Source: an uncultured Verrucomicrobiae bacterium (lineage in GTDB: Bacteria > Verrucomicrobiota > Verrucomicrobiia > Chthoniobacterales > UBA10450). From it: a stretch of 64,000 nt of DNA. How positions within the stretch are numbered: position 1 is the first letter of the stretch; each line of letters begins with the position of its first letter. This document shows, piece by piece, positions 49,840-61,300 of this stretch. Position numbers and translations under genes: made by a program. The stretch spans positions 1 to 64,000 of the forward strand of contig CAWDGJ010000007.1 in NCBI GenBank assembly GCA_963801815.1, in the 5' to 3' direction. The notes beneath the pieces were generated by a model. It made no database searches, was not told the DNA's origin, and saw only the letters and a program-made list of their open reading frames with translations.

Positions 49840-51066
49840 ATGTCTGGATTTAACGCTTTAAGCGGAATAACTTGTCCCGCTCGCGTCGCGGTGGTGGCAA
49901 CCGGAGTCGTGAGCCCCCTGGGTTTTGGTTCGGACGAGACCCTGAACTCCCTTCGTAATGCCACCGATTGCGTGACCACAGTCACCCAGTTTGACGTGAC
50001 TAATTGTCGCTGCAAGACCGCCGCCCAAGTTCCCAATCAACGCCTGCTTGGCCAATTTCGAGACGGCCGAAAACACGCACGCTTGCATCGGGCATCGCAC
50101 ATGATGATCACCGCTGTGAAAGAACTGTTTGAGAGCGATCCCGAATTCAAACCGGAGCTGACCGTAATTGGCACGACCAGCGGCGGAATGTCGTTTGGCG
50201 AAGACTATTATCGCGGGTTGCATCGACATCAGAGTTTGCGCCGCGCGCCGGAATGGATTGCAAATTATCCCCCCCAGAAACCTGTTCTCGATGCTCAAGA
50301 GGAATTTGGAATTCCAGCGCCTTGCCTCGTTATCGCCAACGCGTGCGCTTCCGGCACGAACGCAATCGGTCATGCGTTCGAATGCGTGCGTTCGGGAAAG
50401 CATCAGCGCGTATTGACTGGCGGCTACGACGCGCTTTCTCAACTGGTTTTTGTTGGATTCGATTCCCTTCAAGCCGCGACGCCGGAAAAGTGCAGGCCGT
50501 TCGATCGCGACCGGTCGGGCATGGTGCTTGGCGAAGGCGCAGGCGTCCTAGCACTTGAAAATTTGGACGCCGCGCGCAAACGAGGCGCAGAAATTCTGGC
50601 CGAGATCATGGGCTACGGAATTTCAACCGATAATCACCATCTCACGCAGCCTGATCCCTCTGGAAGCGGACCGCGACGCGCCATGGAAGATGCTTTGAAA
50701 ACGGCTGGAATGAACCCTGGCGATGTCGACTACATTAATGCGCACGGCACCGCGACGCCGTTCAACGATGCAGCGGAAGGCAAGGCGATCGCAGAACTTT
50801 TCGACGGCGTGCCAGTTAGCTCGACTAAGAGCATGATCGGACATTCGTTAGGCGCGGCGGGAGCGATTGAAGCCGTAGTCTGTTTGCTCGCGCTGCAGTC
50901 CCAATTTCTGCCGCCGAACATTAATTTTCGTGCTCCGGATCGTGATCTCTCTCTAAACATCGTTGCCAACCAATCGAGGAACGCAAAGATCGACGTTGCC
51001 TTGTCCAATTCATTTGGATTTGGCGGCACGAATGCTTCGATCGTGATTGGAAAAGCTCCGGCATGA
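49840..51066 (+). CDS. fabF: Beta-ketoacyl-ACP synthase II-like (active Cys-His-His)
   Basis: NACASG, NAHGT, STKSMIGH.LGAAG and SNSFGFGG. Confidence 0.85.
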   Translation: MSGFNALSGITCPARVAVVATGVVSPLGFGSDETLNSLRNATDCVTTVTQFDVTNCRCKTAAQVPNQRLLGQFRDGRKHARLHRASHMMITAVKELFESDPEFKPELTVIGTTSGGMSFGEDYYRGLHRHQSLRRAPEWIANYPPQKPVLDAQEEFGIPAPCLVIANACASGTNAIGHAFECVRSGKHQRVLTGGYDALSQLVFVGFDSLQAATPEKCRPFDRDRSGMVLGEGAGVLALENLDAARKRGAEILAEIMGYGISTDNHHLTQPDPSGSGPRRAMEDALKTAGMNPGDVDYINAHGTATPFNDAAEGKAIAELFDGVPVSSTKSMIGHSLGAAGAIEAVVCLLALQSQFLPPNINFRAPDRDLSLNIVANQSRNAKIDVALSNSFGFGGTNASIVIGKAPA

Positions 51067-52199
51067 GCTTGTGCATCGCAGGCGCGGGCTGGATCACGCC
51101 GTTGGGCCGTGGTGTTGACCACGTTTGGGAGAAGTTAGAGCGCGGTGATGAAGCAACAGCCCAATCGATTTCCGCTGAAGATAACAAGAAGACTTACTTT
51201 GGCTTCCTTGTTCCAGAGAAAACGCTGAAAGACCTGCCGTCGCATCCACGCTTGCGTCGGGCCAGCGCCATCTCGCGTTTTGCAGCCGCGGCTGGGATGG
51301 ATGCGATGGCGCAAGCACAATCGACGATATCGAAGATCGACATGGCGAGGGTGGCCTTGATTTTCGCTGCCTCCAACGGAGGCGTGATTTACACAAGGCG
51401 CTTTTATCACGGCATCGTTGAATCCGGCGCGCAGTCGGCAAGTCCGCTTCTTTTTCCCGAAACCGTTTTCAACGCACCGGCCAGTCACCTGGCTGCTATT
51501 CTCGGAATTAACGGCGCGAGCTACACCATCGTTGGCGACGGGGCCATCGGCGTTCTGGCAATCAAAATGGCAAGCGACCTCCTGGAGACTCAATCGGCGG
51601 ATTTTTGTCTTGTGGTCGCGGCGGAAGAAGCCGATTGGATACTGTGTGACGCGTATCGAAAATGGCGACTGCTTAAATCGCAGCCGCCGATTGTGCCGTT
51701 CCGCGATCCGCCTCGCGGCACAATTTTGAGTGAGGGCGCTGGCGCATTACTCCTCGCTCGCGAAGGTTTTGTGAACGTTGCCTCCATCCACGCCGGCGGA
51801 AATTTCTCGCACCAACGGCAGGCGAGCCAGATCATCAGCCGGATTCTGCACGATCTTCGGGGCGAGAACGCATGTATCGTTGCAAGCGCAAACGGGACCT
51901 TTGTCGACCTTGCCGAAAGCGAAGCGATTAAAAGACTATCACCGGGATCGATCGTTTACAGCCCCAAGCCCGCTCTCGGGGAGAGCGTCGGCGCGAGCGC
52001 GATGTGGCAAATAATTGTTGCCGTGCAAGCCTTGGAAAAGAAGCGGCTGCCACCACTGCTGCACTCGAATCAAGATACCGGCCTTCGATTTCCAATGAAT
52101 TCCACTCCAGCCGGCCCGAACGCCATTGTTTTGAGCTGCGGCTTGAATCAGCAGGCCGCCGGGCTTCGATTGTCGGTCATGAAGGCAGGCCATATCTGA
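51063..52199 (+). CDS. Inactive ketosynthase-like partner (chain-length-factor-like)
   Basis: SPLLFPETVFNAPAS; no catalytic Cys (VGDGAIG) and no His (ANGT, GES); ATGA-coupled. Confidence 0.8.
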   Translation: MSLCIAGAGWITPLGRGVDHVWEKLERGDEATAQSISAEDNKKTYFGFLVPEKTLKDLPSHPRLRRASAISRFAAAAGMDAMAQAQSTISKIDMARVALIFAASNGGVIYTRRFYHGIVESGAQSASPLLFPETVFNAPASHLAAILGINGASYTIVGDGAIGVLAIKMASDLLETQSADFCLVVAAEEADWILCDAYRKWRLLKSQPPIVPFRDPPRGTILSEGAGALLLAREGFVNVASIHAGGNFSHQRQASQIISRILHDLRGENACIVASANGTFVDLAESEAIKRLSPGSIVYSPKPALGESVGASAMWQIIVAVQALEKKRLPPLLHSNQDTGLRFPMNSTPAGPNAIVLSCGLNQQAAGLRLSVMKAGHI

Positions 52200-52252
52200 A
52201 CCCGCTTTTGCCTTTGCAAGGAGGGGCGGGTGCGGTACCTTCGGCGTCCGCC

Positions 52253-54503
52253 ATGCGAACGCTGGTCTGGGGGGCTTTTTTTATCTTTTGGGGGGCCGGC
52301 TGGGTGAACGCAGCCAACACCAGCAACTCTTCCGATCACGAACCGGTTGAGATTACCTCAAGCGGAGAGACCACTTACGACAACGGCGTAGCTACTGCGC
52401 GGGACAACGTGGCCATTCATATAGGGGACACTGATATTTACGGGGATTTCGCCCAATACAATTCCCGCACCCACGAGGTCTTGGTCAGAGGCAACGTAAG
52501 AATTTATCGCGACGTCAATCTCTATATCGCCGACGAAGGCGTTTATAACATCGACACCAAGCAAATCCGCACGAGCAACGCCCGGACCGAGTACAGGCCT
52601 TTTTTCCTGAGCGGCCAGAAGGTTGATCAAACCGCTGCGAACGCTTACCGAATAGAAGGCGCCACTTTCACTACGGACGACTCCCCTAGCCCGGATTTTC
52701 ATCTTCATGCGCGAACGGTCCGCGTTTATGAAAACGACCACGTCGTCTTTCAAAATGTGACGTTCTATATCGGCAAGGTGCCAGTCTTTTGGTGGCCTTA
52801 TATGTATCAGTCCCTGAATGACGCCTTCAGTTTTTCAATCGCGCCGGCCGATCTGAGTTCGTGGGGGCCTTCGCTTCTGACTCAAGTAACTTTTCCTATT
52901 ACGGATGACATCAAGGGACGACTTCGCTTGGATTATCGCGGACGCCGCGGTCCCGCAATCGGTTTTGATTCGGACATCGATTACGGAAAGGACAAATCCA
53001 GCAATATCAAGATCAAGACCTATTACGCCGACGACCAAAACCCGGACATTAATCCGACCGCCATTCCGCGCGGCGAGGTAGCGCCCAACCGCTACCGCTT
53101 GAGCCTGCAAGACACGACCAATTTCACGAAAGACATCTACGGGATGGTGAATGTCACCAAATTAAGTGACGCCTATGTGATGCAAGATTTTTATCAGAGC
53201 GAATTTCGAGTCGATCCCAATCCGGACAACGTCGTTGCCCTGACGAAGGCTGATCCGTTCTACACCCTCACAGCCATCACTCGTTTTCAGGCGAACGATT
53301 TCTTCGAAACGACCGAACGCTTGCCTGAGATCGGTACTCGACATCAAACGTCACGCGTTATTCGGTGGCCCTATTTATTACGAAGGTGAGAGTGGTTTTG
53401 CCGACCTACACCGGTCTTTTGCAGAGGGGTCGGGTTTTGAAGACTACGGCACGACTCGACTCGATACGTTTCATCAATTGCTGTATCCAAATACTTACTT
53501 TGGCTGGCTCTCCATCGTGCCCCGAGCAGGTTTCCGAGCAACCTACTACGACAAAACTCGCGACCTTGGGAACACGCTGTTTCCCACCAACGAAGATCCC
53601 CTGATTCCAAACTTCATTCCTGAAGACCCTACGCCGGCTAATCCTGTCATAAACGCTGGGAGCGGTGTTCGGACGGTGGCCGATGCCGGAGTGGAAGGTT
53701 CGTTCAAGCTATCTCGTTCGTGGGACGACGTGTCAGATCGGACGTTTGGCTTGGATGGATTGCTTCACGTAATCCAACCGTACACCGACTTCTCATATGT
53801 CCATGCGAATGGGATCAATCCGTCTTCAGTTTTGCAGTTTGATCGATTCGAACCCTCGACCCAGTTGCCGATATTCGATTTTCCGCAGTTTACTACCATC
53901 GATTCGATCGCGAGCTGGACGATTTGGCGAAATGGGATCCGCAACCGTTTGGAGACTCGGCGCGACGATGTAACTGTGACCTGGCTGGAGCTGGACACGT
54001 TCTTCGATGTGAACTTCGACAACCCCTACGACCGCCGGACCTACTCAAACTTCTTCAACAAATTGCGCTTTACTCCGCTACCGTGGGCTTCGCTTGCGAT
54101 TGATTCACAGGTTCCCCTATTCAGTTCAGGTTTTACGGAAGTTAATACAACCGTTGCCGTGCAACCCGCTGCGAATTTACAACTGACGGCAGCCCATCGC
54201 TATCTCAATGACAATCCGTTTTTCGAGCATAGCAGCCTCTTCGTGGTCGGCGGGTATTATCGAGTCACTGACAACTGGGGCTTTGGGTTTCAAGAGCAAT
54301 ACGAGGGTACAATTGGCCTGTTTCAGGAACAGCGGTATGCCGTTTACCGGGACTTGTCGAACTGGGTTGCGTCATTTGGCGCCGTGATTCGAGACAATAC
54401 GGGCAATAAAAAGGAATACGGCATTCTCCTTACCTTTAGCCTCAAAGCCTTTCCCAAGTTTGGCTTTGATTTGAATTTCGATCCAGGAGGTCAGGGGCAA
54501 TGA
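52253..54503 (+). CDS. lptD: LPS assembly outer-membrane protein LptD, one frameshift
   Basis: OstA-like N-domain, FTT....PDF, VPVFWWPY, ERLPE and a beta-barrel; one extra base near 53333 splits the ORF. Confidence 0.85.
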
Positions 54504-54581
54504 CCAAACCGATCGGCTCCATAAATTACAACCTCGTGCTCCTATTGTGCTAGGCTGAGCGAGTAGAGGCGTCTGTCGTTC

Positions 54582-55895
54582 ATGGATATTTCAATCATTG
54601 GTTCGGGATACGTTGGGCTCGTTACCGGCGCTTGTTTCGCCGACGTCGGCCACAACGTGATCTGCGTCGACAACGACGAGGCGAAGGTCAAAACGCTCCA
54701 GGCCGGCCGCGTTCCGATTTACGAGCCGGGCCTGGAAGAAATCATCCATCGCAATGTTTCCGCTCGTCGGTTGCGTTTCAGCAGCAGTACGCGCGAAGGC
54801 GTGGAGAACTCACAAATAGTTTTTATCGCGGTGCCGACGCCGCCGCAGCCACACGGAGAAGTCGACCTCAGCTTCATTGAGAAAGTCTCCCGCGAGATCG
54901 CAGATGTGCTGACCGATTACCGGGTAATCGTCGACAAGAGCACGGTGCCAGTGAAGACTGGCGAGCGCGTCGTTGAAACGATTAAGCGGTACAACCGGAG
55001 CGGCGCGAAGTTTGATGTTGTAAGCAACCCTGAATTCTTGCGAGAAGGTTGCGCCATTCATGACTTGATGCATCCGGACCGGATTGTTATCGGGGCGCAA
55101 AGCCAGCACGCAGCCGATCTGATGAAGAAGGTTTACGAGCCTTTCATGGCGCCGGCCCTGGTGACCGATATCAACAGTGCCGAGCTCATCAAACACGCCG
55201 CCAACTCTTTCCTGGCGCTGAAGATTTCCTACATCAACGCGATCGCTGCGATCTGCCAGGCGAGCGGCGCGGACGTCGAAAGAGTCGCGGACGGCATCGG
55301 GATGGATCGGCGGATTGGGCGTCAGTTTCTTAACGCCGGCATCGGTTACGGCGGTTCCTGTTTCCCGAAAGACGTGGCTGCGTTCATCCACATCAGTGAC
55401 CAGCTCGGCGTGCCGTTCACGTTACTGAAGGAAGTGCAGCGGATAAACGCCTCGCAAAAAGAGCGTTTTCTTAAGCTTATCCGCGATACGCTTTGGGTAC
55501 TGCGCGAAAAGAAAATCGCGGTCTGGGGGCTCACCTTTAAACCGGACACAGACGACATCCGCTCCTCCGTCGCCATCGAATTGGTCGACGCCATGTTGCG
55601 AGAAGGCGCGTCCGTGAGTGTTTACGATCCCAAAGGAATGGACAAAGCACGCGAGCTGAAAGCAGTCGCCGACGCGAAGTTCGCCGCATCTGCCCTGGAA
55701 GCGGTCGAAGGCGCGGAGGCCCTTGTGATCGCTACGGAGTGGCGAGAATTCGCCAATGTCGATTTTGCCGCGGTCAAACAGCGCATGACCACGCCAATTG
55801 TCTTCGACGGAAGAAACCTTTTGAAACCGGAGACAATGGGCGAGCTCGGCTTTCATTATCATTCCATCGGCCGCGCCAGCGTCGTCCCCCGTTAA
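54582..55895 (+). CDS. ugd: UDP-glucose 6-dehydrogenase
   Basis: GSGYVGL, KSTVPV, SNPEFLREG, GYGGSCFPKD and FKPDTDD. Confidence 0.95.
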   Translation: MDISIIGSGYVGLVTGACFADVGHNVICVDNDEAKVKTLQAGRVPIYEPGLEEIIHRNVSARRLRFSSSTREGVENSQIVFIAVPTPPQPHGEVDLSFIEKVSREIADVLTDYRVIVDKSTVPVKTGERVVETIKRYNRSGAKFDVVSNPEFLREGCAIHDLMHPDRIVIGAQSQHAADLMKKVYEPFMAPALVTDINSAELIKHAANSFLALKISYINAIAAICQASGADVERVADGIGMDRRIGRQFLNAGIGYGGSCFPKDVAAFIHISDQLGVPFTLLKEVQRINASQKERFLKLIRDTLWVLREKKIAVWGLTFKPDTDDIRSSVAIELVDAMLREGASVSVYDPKGMDKARELKAVADAKFAASALEAVEGAEALVIATEWREFANVDFAAVKQRMTTPIVFDGRNLLKPETMGELGFHYHSIGRASVVPR

Positions 55896-55901
55896 TTTCT
55901 C

Positions 55902-57152
55902 GTGGCGCCGATTTCAGCCCGCCGAGTTGCTCTCGCCGCGCTGAAGGCCTGGCGCAAGAAAAGGGCGTTTGCGGACTCGATTGTTGCCAAGTTACTGGCC
56001 AATACGCCGCTCCCACCAGCCGACCGTGGATTCGTGGTCGAGCTCTTTTATGGCGTCTTGCGAAACCGTTCGTTGCTTGATTTTTGGATCGGCACGCTGC
56101 GGCGGACACGGACCGATGTCGATCTTCGAGATAGCCTTCGTCTTGGTTTGTATCAACTGTTCATCGCCAGAACACCGGAGCACGCGGCCGTTTACGAAAC
56201 TGTCGCCCTCGTTCCGAAACGAGAGCGCGCGATTGCAAATGGAATCCTTCGTTCGGCGACTCGACGCATGCGCGAACTGGAGAACACCGCCCAGTTGCAG
56301 CCACTCCATGTTCGATTTTCACATCCTGACTTCGTAATAGAACGCTGGCAGCGGCAGTTCGGCGAGGATGTTACCAAAGCATTGTGTGAGTGGGACAATC
56401 AGCCGCCGCCAATTTACGCGCGAATCAACCGGTTAAGGATCGATCGTCAGGCGTTTCTCGAACGCTACCGCGACGCACGTTCGCTTCCCAAGTCTGCAAA
56501 TTTTCTCGAGCTTCCTGCGCCGACCGAAGCGCTAAACCAGGGGGATTGTTACGTCCAAGACCCGAGCACGGCAGTCGCGTGTGAATTGTTACAACCGAAA
56601 CCCGGTGAAAGGATTTTGGATGCCTGCGCGGCCCCCGGCGGCAAGACCGGTTACCTCGCCGAATTGATGGAAAACAAGGGCCTCATCGTTGCTTGCGACC
56701 GCGAATCGCACCGATTAGCCCGGCTCGATGCGAATCTGGCGCGCCTTGGAGTAGAGATCTCAAAGACTGTTCGTCAGGATTGGGGCCAAAAGAAAATCTC
56801 GGGCGCGATCCGTTCCGAAGCTCCTTTTGATCGGATTCTGATCGACGCGCCATGCAGTAATACCGGCGTGATGCGGCGTCGCGTTGACGTTCGATGGCGT
56901 TTGAAGCCATCGGACTTTCTGCGAATGCAAGCATGTCAGATTGGAATTGTGAAAGCGGTCGTTCCGCTATTGAAGCCCGATGGAGTTCTGGTTTACAGCA
57001 CATGCAGCCTCGAACCTGAGGAGAACGAAGACGTCACCCAGGCGGTACTTCGCGCCATACCGATTTTGCGATTGGAAGAGCAGCGAAGATGCCTGCCGTT
57101 CATTGACCAGTTTGACGGCGCCTTTGCGGCCAGGCTTCGGTTAAAAACATAA
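55902..57152 (+). CDS. rsmB: 16S rRNA m5C967 methyltransferase RsmB
   Basis: NusB-like N-domain; DACAAPGGKT, DAPCS and YSTCS. Confidence 0.92.
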   Translation: MAPISARRVALAALKAWRKKRAFADSIVAKLLANTPLPPADRGFVVELFYGVLRNRSLLDFWIGTLRRTRTDVDLRDSLRLGLYQLFIARTPEHAAVYETVALVPKRERAIANGILRSATRRMRELENTAQLQPLHVRFSHPDFVIERWQRQFGEDVTKALCEWDNQPPPIYARINRLRIDRQAFLERYRDARSLPKSANFLELPAPTEALNQGDCYVQDPSTAVACELLQPKPGERILDACAAPGGKTGYLAELMENKGLIVACDRESHRLARLDANLARLGVEISKTVRQDWGQKKISGAIRSEAPFDRILIDAPCSNTGVMRRRVDVRWRLKPSDFLRMQACQIGIVKAVVPLLKPDGVLVYSTCSLEPEENEDVTQAVLRAIPILRLEEQRRCLPFIDQFDGAFAARLRLKT

Positions 57153-57204
57153 TCGAAGGCGGCTGCGGTTGCGTCCCGGATACTCGGTGGAATGGTAAGA
57201 CCGT

Positions 57205-58323
57205 ATGCACGACGCACGTTTCGATAAGCTCGCCAAGTTGCTGGTGGAATATTCGACCAGACTCAAACGGAACGAGAACGTTCTGATCGAGGCCTTTGAT
57301 GTTCCGGACGAAATGACGATCGCCCTGATTCGCGCAGCGCGAAAAGCGGGCGCGATCCCGTTCGTCCAAATCCAGCGCAACCGGATCAGTCGCGAACTGG
57401 CAATGGAAGCGTCAAACCGCCAACTGGATTTTGCCGCCTCTCACGAGCTTGCCCGAATGAAAAAGATGCAGGCCTACATTGCGCTCCGCGGCAGCAATAA
57501 CATCACCGAATTGTCGGACGTACCCGTTCCTAAAATGCAGTTAGTCGCGAAGAAAATGCGGCCGGTGCAGGACCAACGAGTCAAAAAAACCAAATGGTGC
57601 GTGTTACGCTGGCCGAGCCCGTCCATGGCGCAGTTGGCTGGAATGAGCACGGAGGCGTTTGAAGATTTTTACTTTGAGGTCTGCACGCTCGATTACGAGA
57701 AACTTCAGCCAGGAATGAAGGCGTTGAAGCAGTTGATGGAATCAACCGATCGTGTCCAGATCAAAGGGCCGGGGACCAATCTGCGATTCAGCATCAAAGA
57801 AATCCCGGCCATTATATGCGGCGGTGATCGAAACATTCCCGACGGGGAGGTCTTTACCGCGCCGGTCAAGAATTCGGTCGAAGGACATGTCACCTTTAAC
57901 GCGCCAACAATTTACCAGAGCATCGCTTTCGACGGCATTCGGCTGGACTTTCGAAATGGCAAAGTGGTCAAAGCGACGAGCAACCAAACCGATAAGCTAA
58001 ATAAAATCCTCAATTCTGACGCTGGCGCGCGCTACATCGGTGAATTTTCGCTCGGTTTTAACCCCTACGTGCTCGAACCGATGCGCGACATTCTCTTCGA
58101 CGAAAAGATCGCCGGCTCGTTTCACTTCACTCCGGGCCAGGCCTACGAGGAAGCGGACAACGGCAACCGGAGCCAGGTCCATTGGGACATGGTAAACATT
58201 CAGCGAAAAAGTTACGGCGGCGGCGAAATTTACTTCGATGGCGAACTTATCCGGCGCGATGGCGAATTCCTTCCAAAGGAACTGCGGTCACTCAATCGCG
58301 GTAATTTTGTTAAGGGAAAGTAA
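57205..58323 (+). CDS. M29 aminopeptidase (AmpS/PepS)
   Basis: [24 protein letters not shown] and SQVHWD. Confidence 0.93.
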   Translation: MHDARFDKLAKLLVEYSTRLKRNENVLIEAFDVPDEMTIALIRAARKAGAIPFVQIQRNRISRELAMEASNRQLDFAASHELARMKKMQAYIALRGSNNITELSDVPVPKMQLVAKKMRPVQDQRVKKTKWCVLRWPSPSMAQLAGMSTEAFEDFYFEVCTLDYEKLQPGMKALKQLMESTDRVQIKGPGTNLRFSIKEIPAIICGGDRNIPDGEVFTAPVKNSVEGHVTFNAPTIYQSIAFDGIRLDFRNGKVVKATSNQTDKLNKILNSDAGARYIGEFSLGFNPYVLEPMRDILFDEKIAGSFHFTPGQAYEEADNGNRSQVHWDMVNIQRKSYGGGEIYFDGELIRRDGEFLPKELRSLNRGNFVKGK

Positions 58324-58336
58324 TTGCCGTACACGA

Positions 58337-58369
58337 ACAGAGCGACTCTTGCGAGTCGCTCTGTAAAAA
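58337..58369 (-). terminator. Rho-independent terminator between convergent genes
   Basis: ACAGAGCGACTC-TTGC-GAGTCGCTCTGT 12-bp perfect stem; flanking A5 on the + strand. Confidence 0.7.
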
Positions 58370-58388
58370 TGTCAATCCTGGCGTCGAA

Positions 58389-61300
58389 TTAAGCCGCCCG
58401 TCTCGGGCCCTGGCCGAGCAGATTCAGCTGCATCATTCCGATTTCGCCGCTGCCAGTCAGCTGCAGGTTCGAAATTTCGAACATAGGCGCTCCCTCGATT
58501 ACTGCGCCACCTGCGCTCGGCAGCTGCACCATTACTTGTTTCGAGTTCGAATTCAGCACGATCGAAGAGATTTCGAACGATGGTGAGAATTCTACCGTTG
58601 CGATTTGGAACGGTGCGACGACGTTCACCGCAGCCTGGCCTTGTTGCGAAGGAGTCAATTGGAGTGGTGCCGCGGCAAAGTCCGAGACCAAGTGCAAGCC
58701 CCCAACAGTGAACGAGGGCGAACCGACAACAGACGGCCGCTGCTGTTGCGAAGGAGTCAAACGAACACTACCCAGTGTACCACCGGCAGGCTGGATCCGG
58801 GCGATCTCGAATGTCACTTGCAGGTTCATTGCGGGCTGCGGCGAGGAGCCGGCCAGACGCATCGTCACAATTTTCGAGGCCGGGCGTAGTTGCAATGCGC
58901 CCATCTTGAAGGTCGGGGTCAGTTGCATCGACGCAATCTCGAAAGCGAAGGTGAGTTGCACGGCGGTTTGCATAGCGCCGGCAGGTTGAGGTGAGCCACC
59001 TCGTTGAGCGGTTGGGATTTGGATCGGTTCAGGCATGATTACAGGTGTGGTTGGTTCGTAAATTGGCGTTTCAATAACCGGTTCCGGCGAAATAAACGGT
59101 TCGCTTTTTTGACGAAGCGCCTCAAATGCGGCCGGTTCGGGTTCGGTGACCTCAATGATCGACGGTTCCTCAACAGGCGTCAACTGAGGAATGGGTTGAC
59201 CCTGACCGACTGGTTCAAGCTCCGGTTGAGCAACAGCTTCCATCGGCGAAAACATGGGTTCTTCGACTTGCGGCTCGGGCATTGTTGCCATTTGAGCAAA
59301 GAACGGCTCGGGCTCGGGCATTGCAACAGGCTCAGGTTCCACCGCCATCGGCTCCGGCTCCGCGATGATCGGTTGCGGCATTTCGAACGTCGGAGTTTCA
59401 AGTTTTTGTGCGGCCCACTCGGATTCAACCGCGGCGGCGGCAGGGAACACGCCTTGCTCGACGACTGGTCCGACGGATTCCAGTATCGGCCCGACAGACT
59501 CAAATGTTTCTTCTACAGGCTCGAGTTCTAGGGGACGTTTTCCATTACCTTCAATCGAAGGTTCCAAAACGACGGAACCGCCATTGCCATTACCGTTGCC
59601 GAAGGCACGGCCGGGCTTGCTCAAAGGCACTACCGCGCGGCGCAGAGACGGCTCGGAAGCTCTTAATTTGAGTGACACCTGTCGCGGTCCACCGGTCAAT
59701 CGGGGCATGACTTTCATTTCCTTTTGGGACGAACCCGACGCTGCAAGTTCCATACCTCCCAATTGCGGACCGGTTACTGGAGCAGCGCGACGAAAGTTAG
59801 GCAGATTAAATCCGCGACGGCGAACTTCAGGTACGATTACCCATGCTAATAGACCCATTCCGGCCAAAACCAATGCGCCGACTAGCAGACTTTGAGCATC
59901 CACCCGATTTCGCGAGACCTCGCCGACACGCGCCGGAGCGAGCACAGTTGCAGGAGTAGCGGAGACTGCCGCGACAACCGGCGCTTTTGTGGCTGGCCCT
60001 TCGGCCGCTGGTTGAGCAGCCGGCTTGTCTGCCGCTGTCTTCGCCGCCGCAGCCTGTTCTCTCGGAAGCGCAGCAGCCGATGCCGGAACGCTTTCAGCTG
60101 CCACCGGCGTCTCTACGACAGGTGAAAAGGTTGGCGCAGCGGCAGTCGGTATCTCGTCCGGTTTGGCTGGACTTCCGGCGGCAAATGATTGCGGAGCGCG
60201 CGAGGAAAATTCCTTTACGGCGGCGCTGGCCGCGGTTTCTTCAGGCTTCGGGGCCGTCGCCTCCATGCCAGCAATTGCAGGCGCACCGGCTTTGTTTTTG
60301 GCCAGGGTGGTGCCCGGAATCGGACTTGGCTCTATTGCCGGACTTGCCTCTGACTGCGCCTCAGCCAAAGCGGTTGCAGCCTCGGCGGCTGGGGCCGGCG
60401 ACATTGCCACGGCCGGGCTCTGCAGCCAGCCGAGGTCGTAGAATGAATCGGCGAAGACAAGATTGAGAGCCGGCGAGTAAATTTTCTTAGCCGAAGTAAT
60501 CCAATCCGTCGCCTTGTTTGGATTGTTGTGCTTAAACTCCCAGGCGGCCTGCGCATAATAGAGAGCCGGCGTGTCGCCGGTGAATTGGAATTGCTCCATC
60601 ATCTTTTGGGCGCGGCTTTCTTTGCCTTCCAGCAAGAAAGTCATGAAGATGTTGAACTTGATGATTTGCGCGGCTTCTCCCTTGTCGCCGCCGGGCGTTC
60701 TTCCGAGAAGCGCCTCAAACCGGTCGCGGGCCGTCGTGTAGTCCTTCTTCTTTAGTGGCACGAGCGCGAGATTGAACTGTGCCTGCCGAAACTTCGGGTC
60801 GGCCTTCAGCGCTTTCTTGAATTCGGCCTCGGCCTGGTCGAATTGCTTCTCCTCCATCAAAATCTCGCCACGCAGAGTGATGATGCTTGCCTGGTTTGGA
60901 TCGGCCGCATCCGCGTCGTTCACAAATTTCAAGGCCGAAGCGAAATCGCGCTGCTGAAAGGCTTGTAGCCCCTGTTCGACGCGCGATTTGGCAAACGCCT
61001 TCGTCTTCGCCGTGCGGTCAGCTGCACTCGTCAGCTCCAAGGCGGCGCGTGACTGGCCGGCCTGCTTTTGCAACCAGCCCACTTCATAAAGCGATTCGGC
61101 GAAAAGTTTGTTGAGTTGAGGTGAAAAATTTTTCTCCGCCTGCGCCATCCAATCCCGCGCTTCGGCCGTATTCTTTTGCTGCAACGCAATCGCAGCATTC
61201 GCGTAATGGACCGCAGGCGTATCAGGCGAAAGTTCGAACTTGGCCAGAATCGAATCGACCATGTTCTCCTTGCCTTCCAACAAATAGGTCAGGAGAATTT

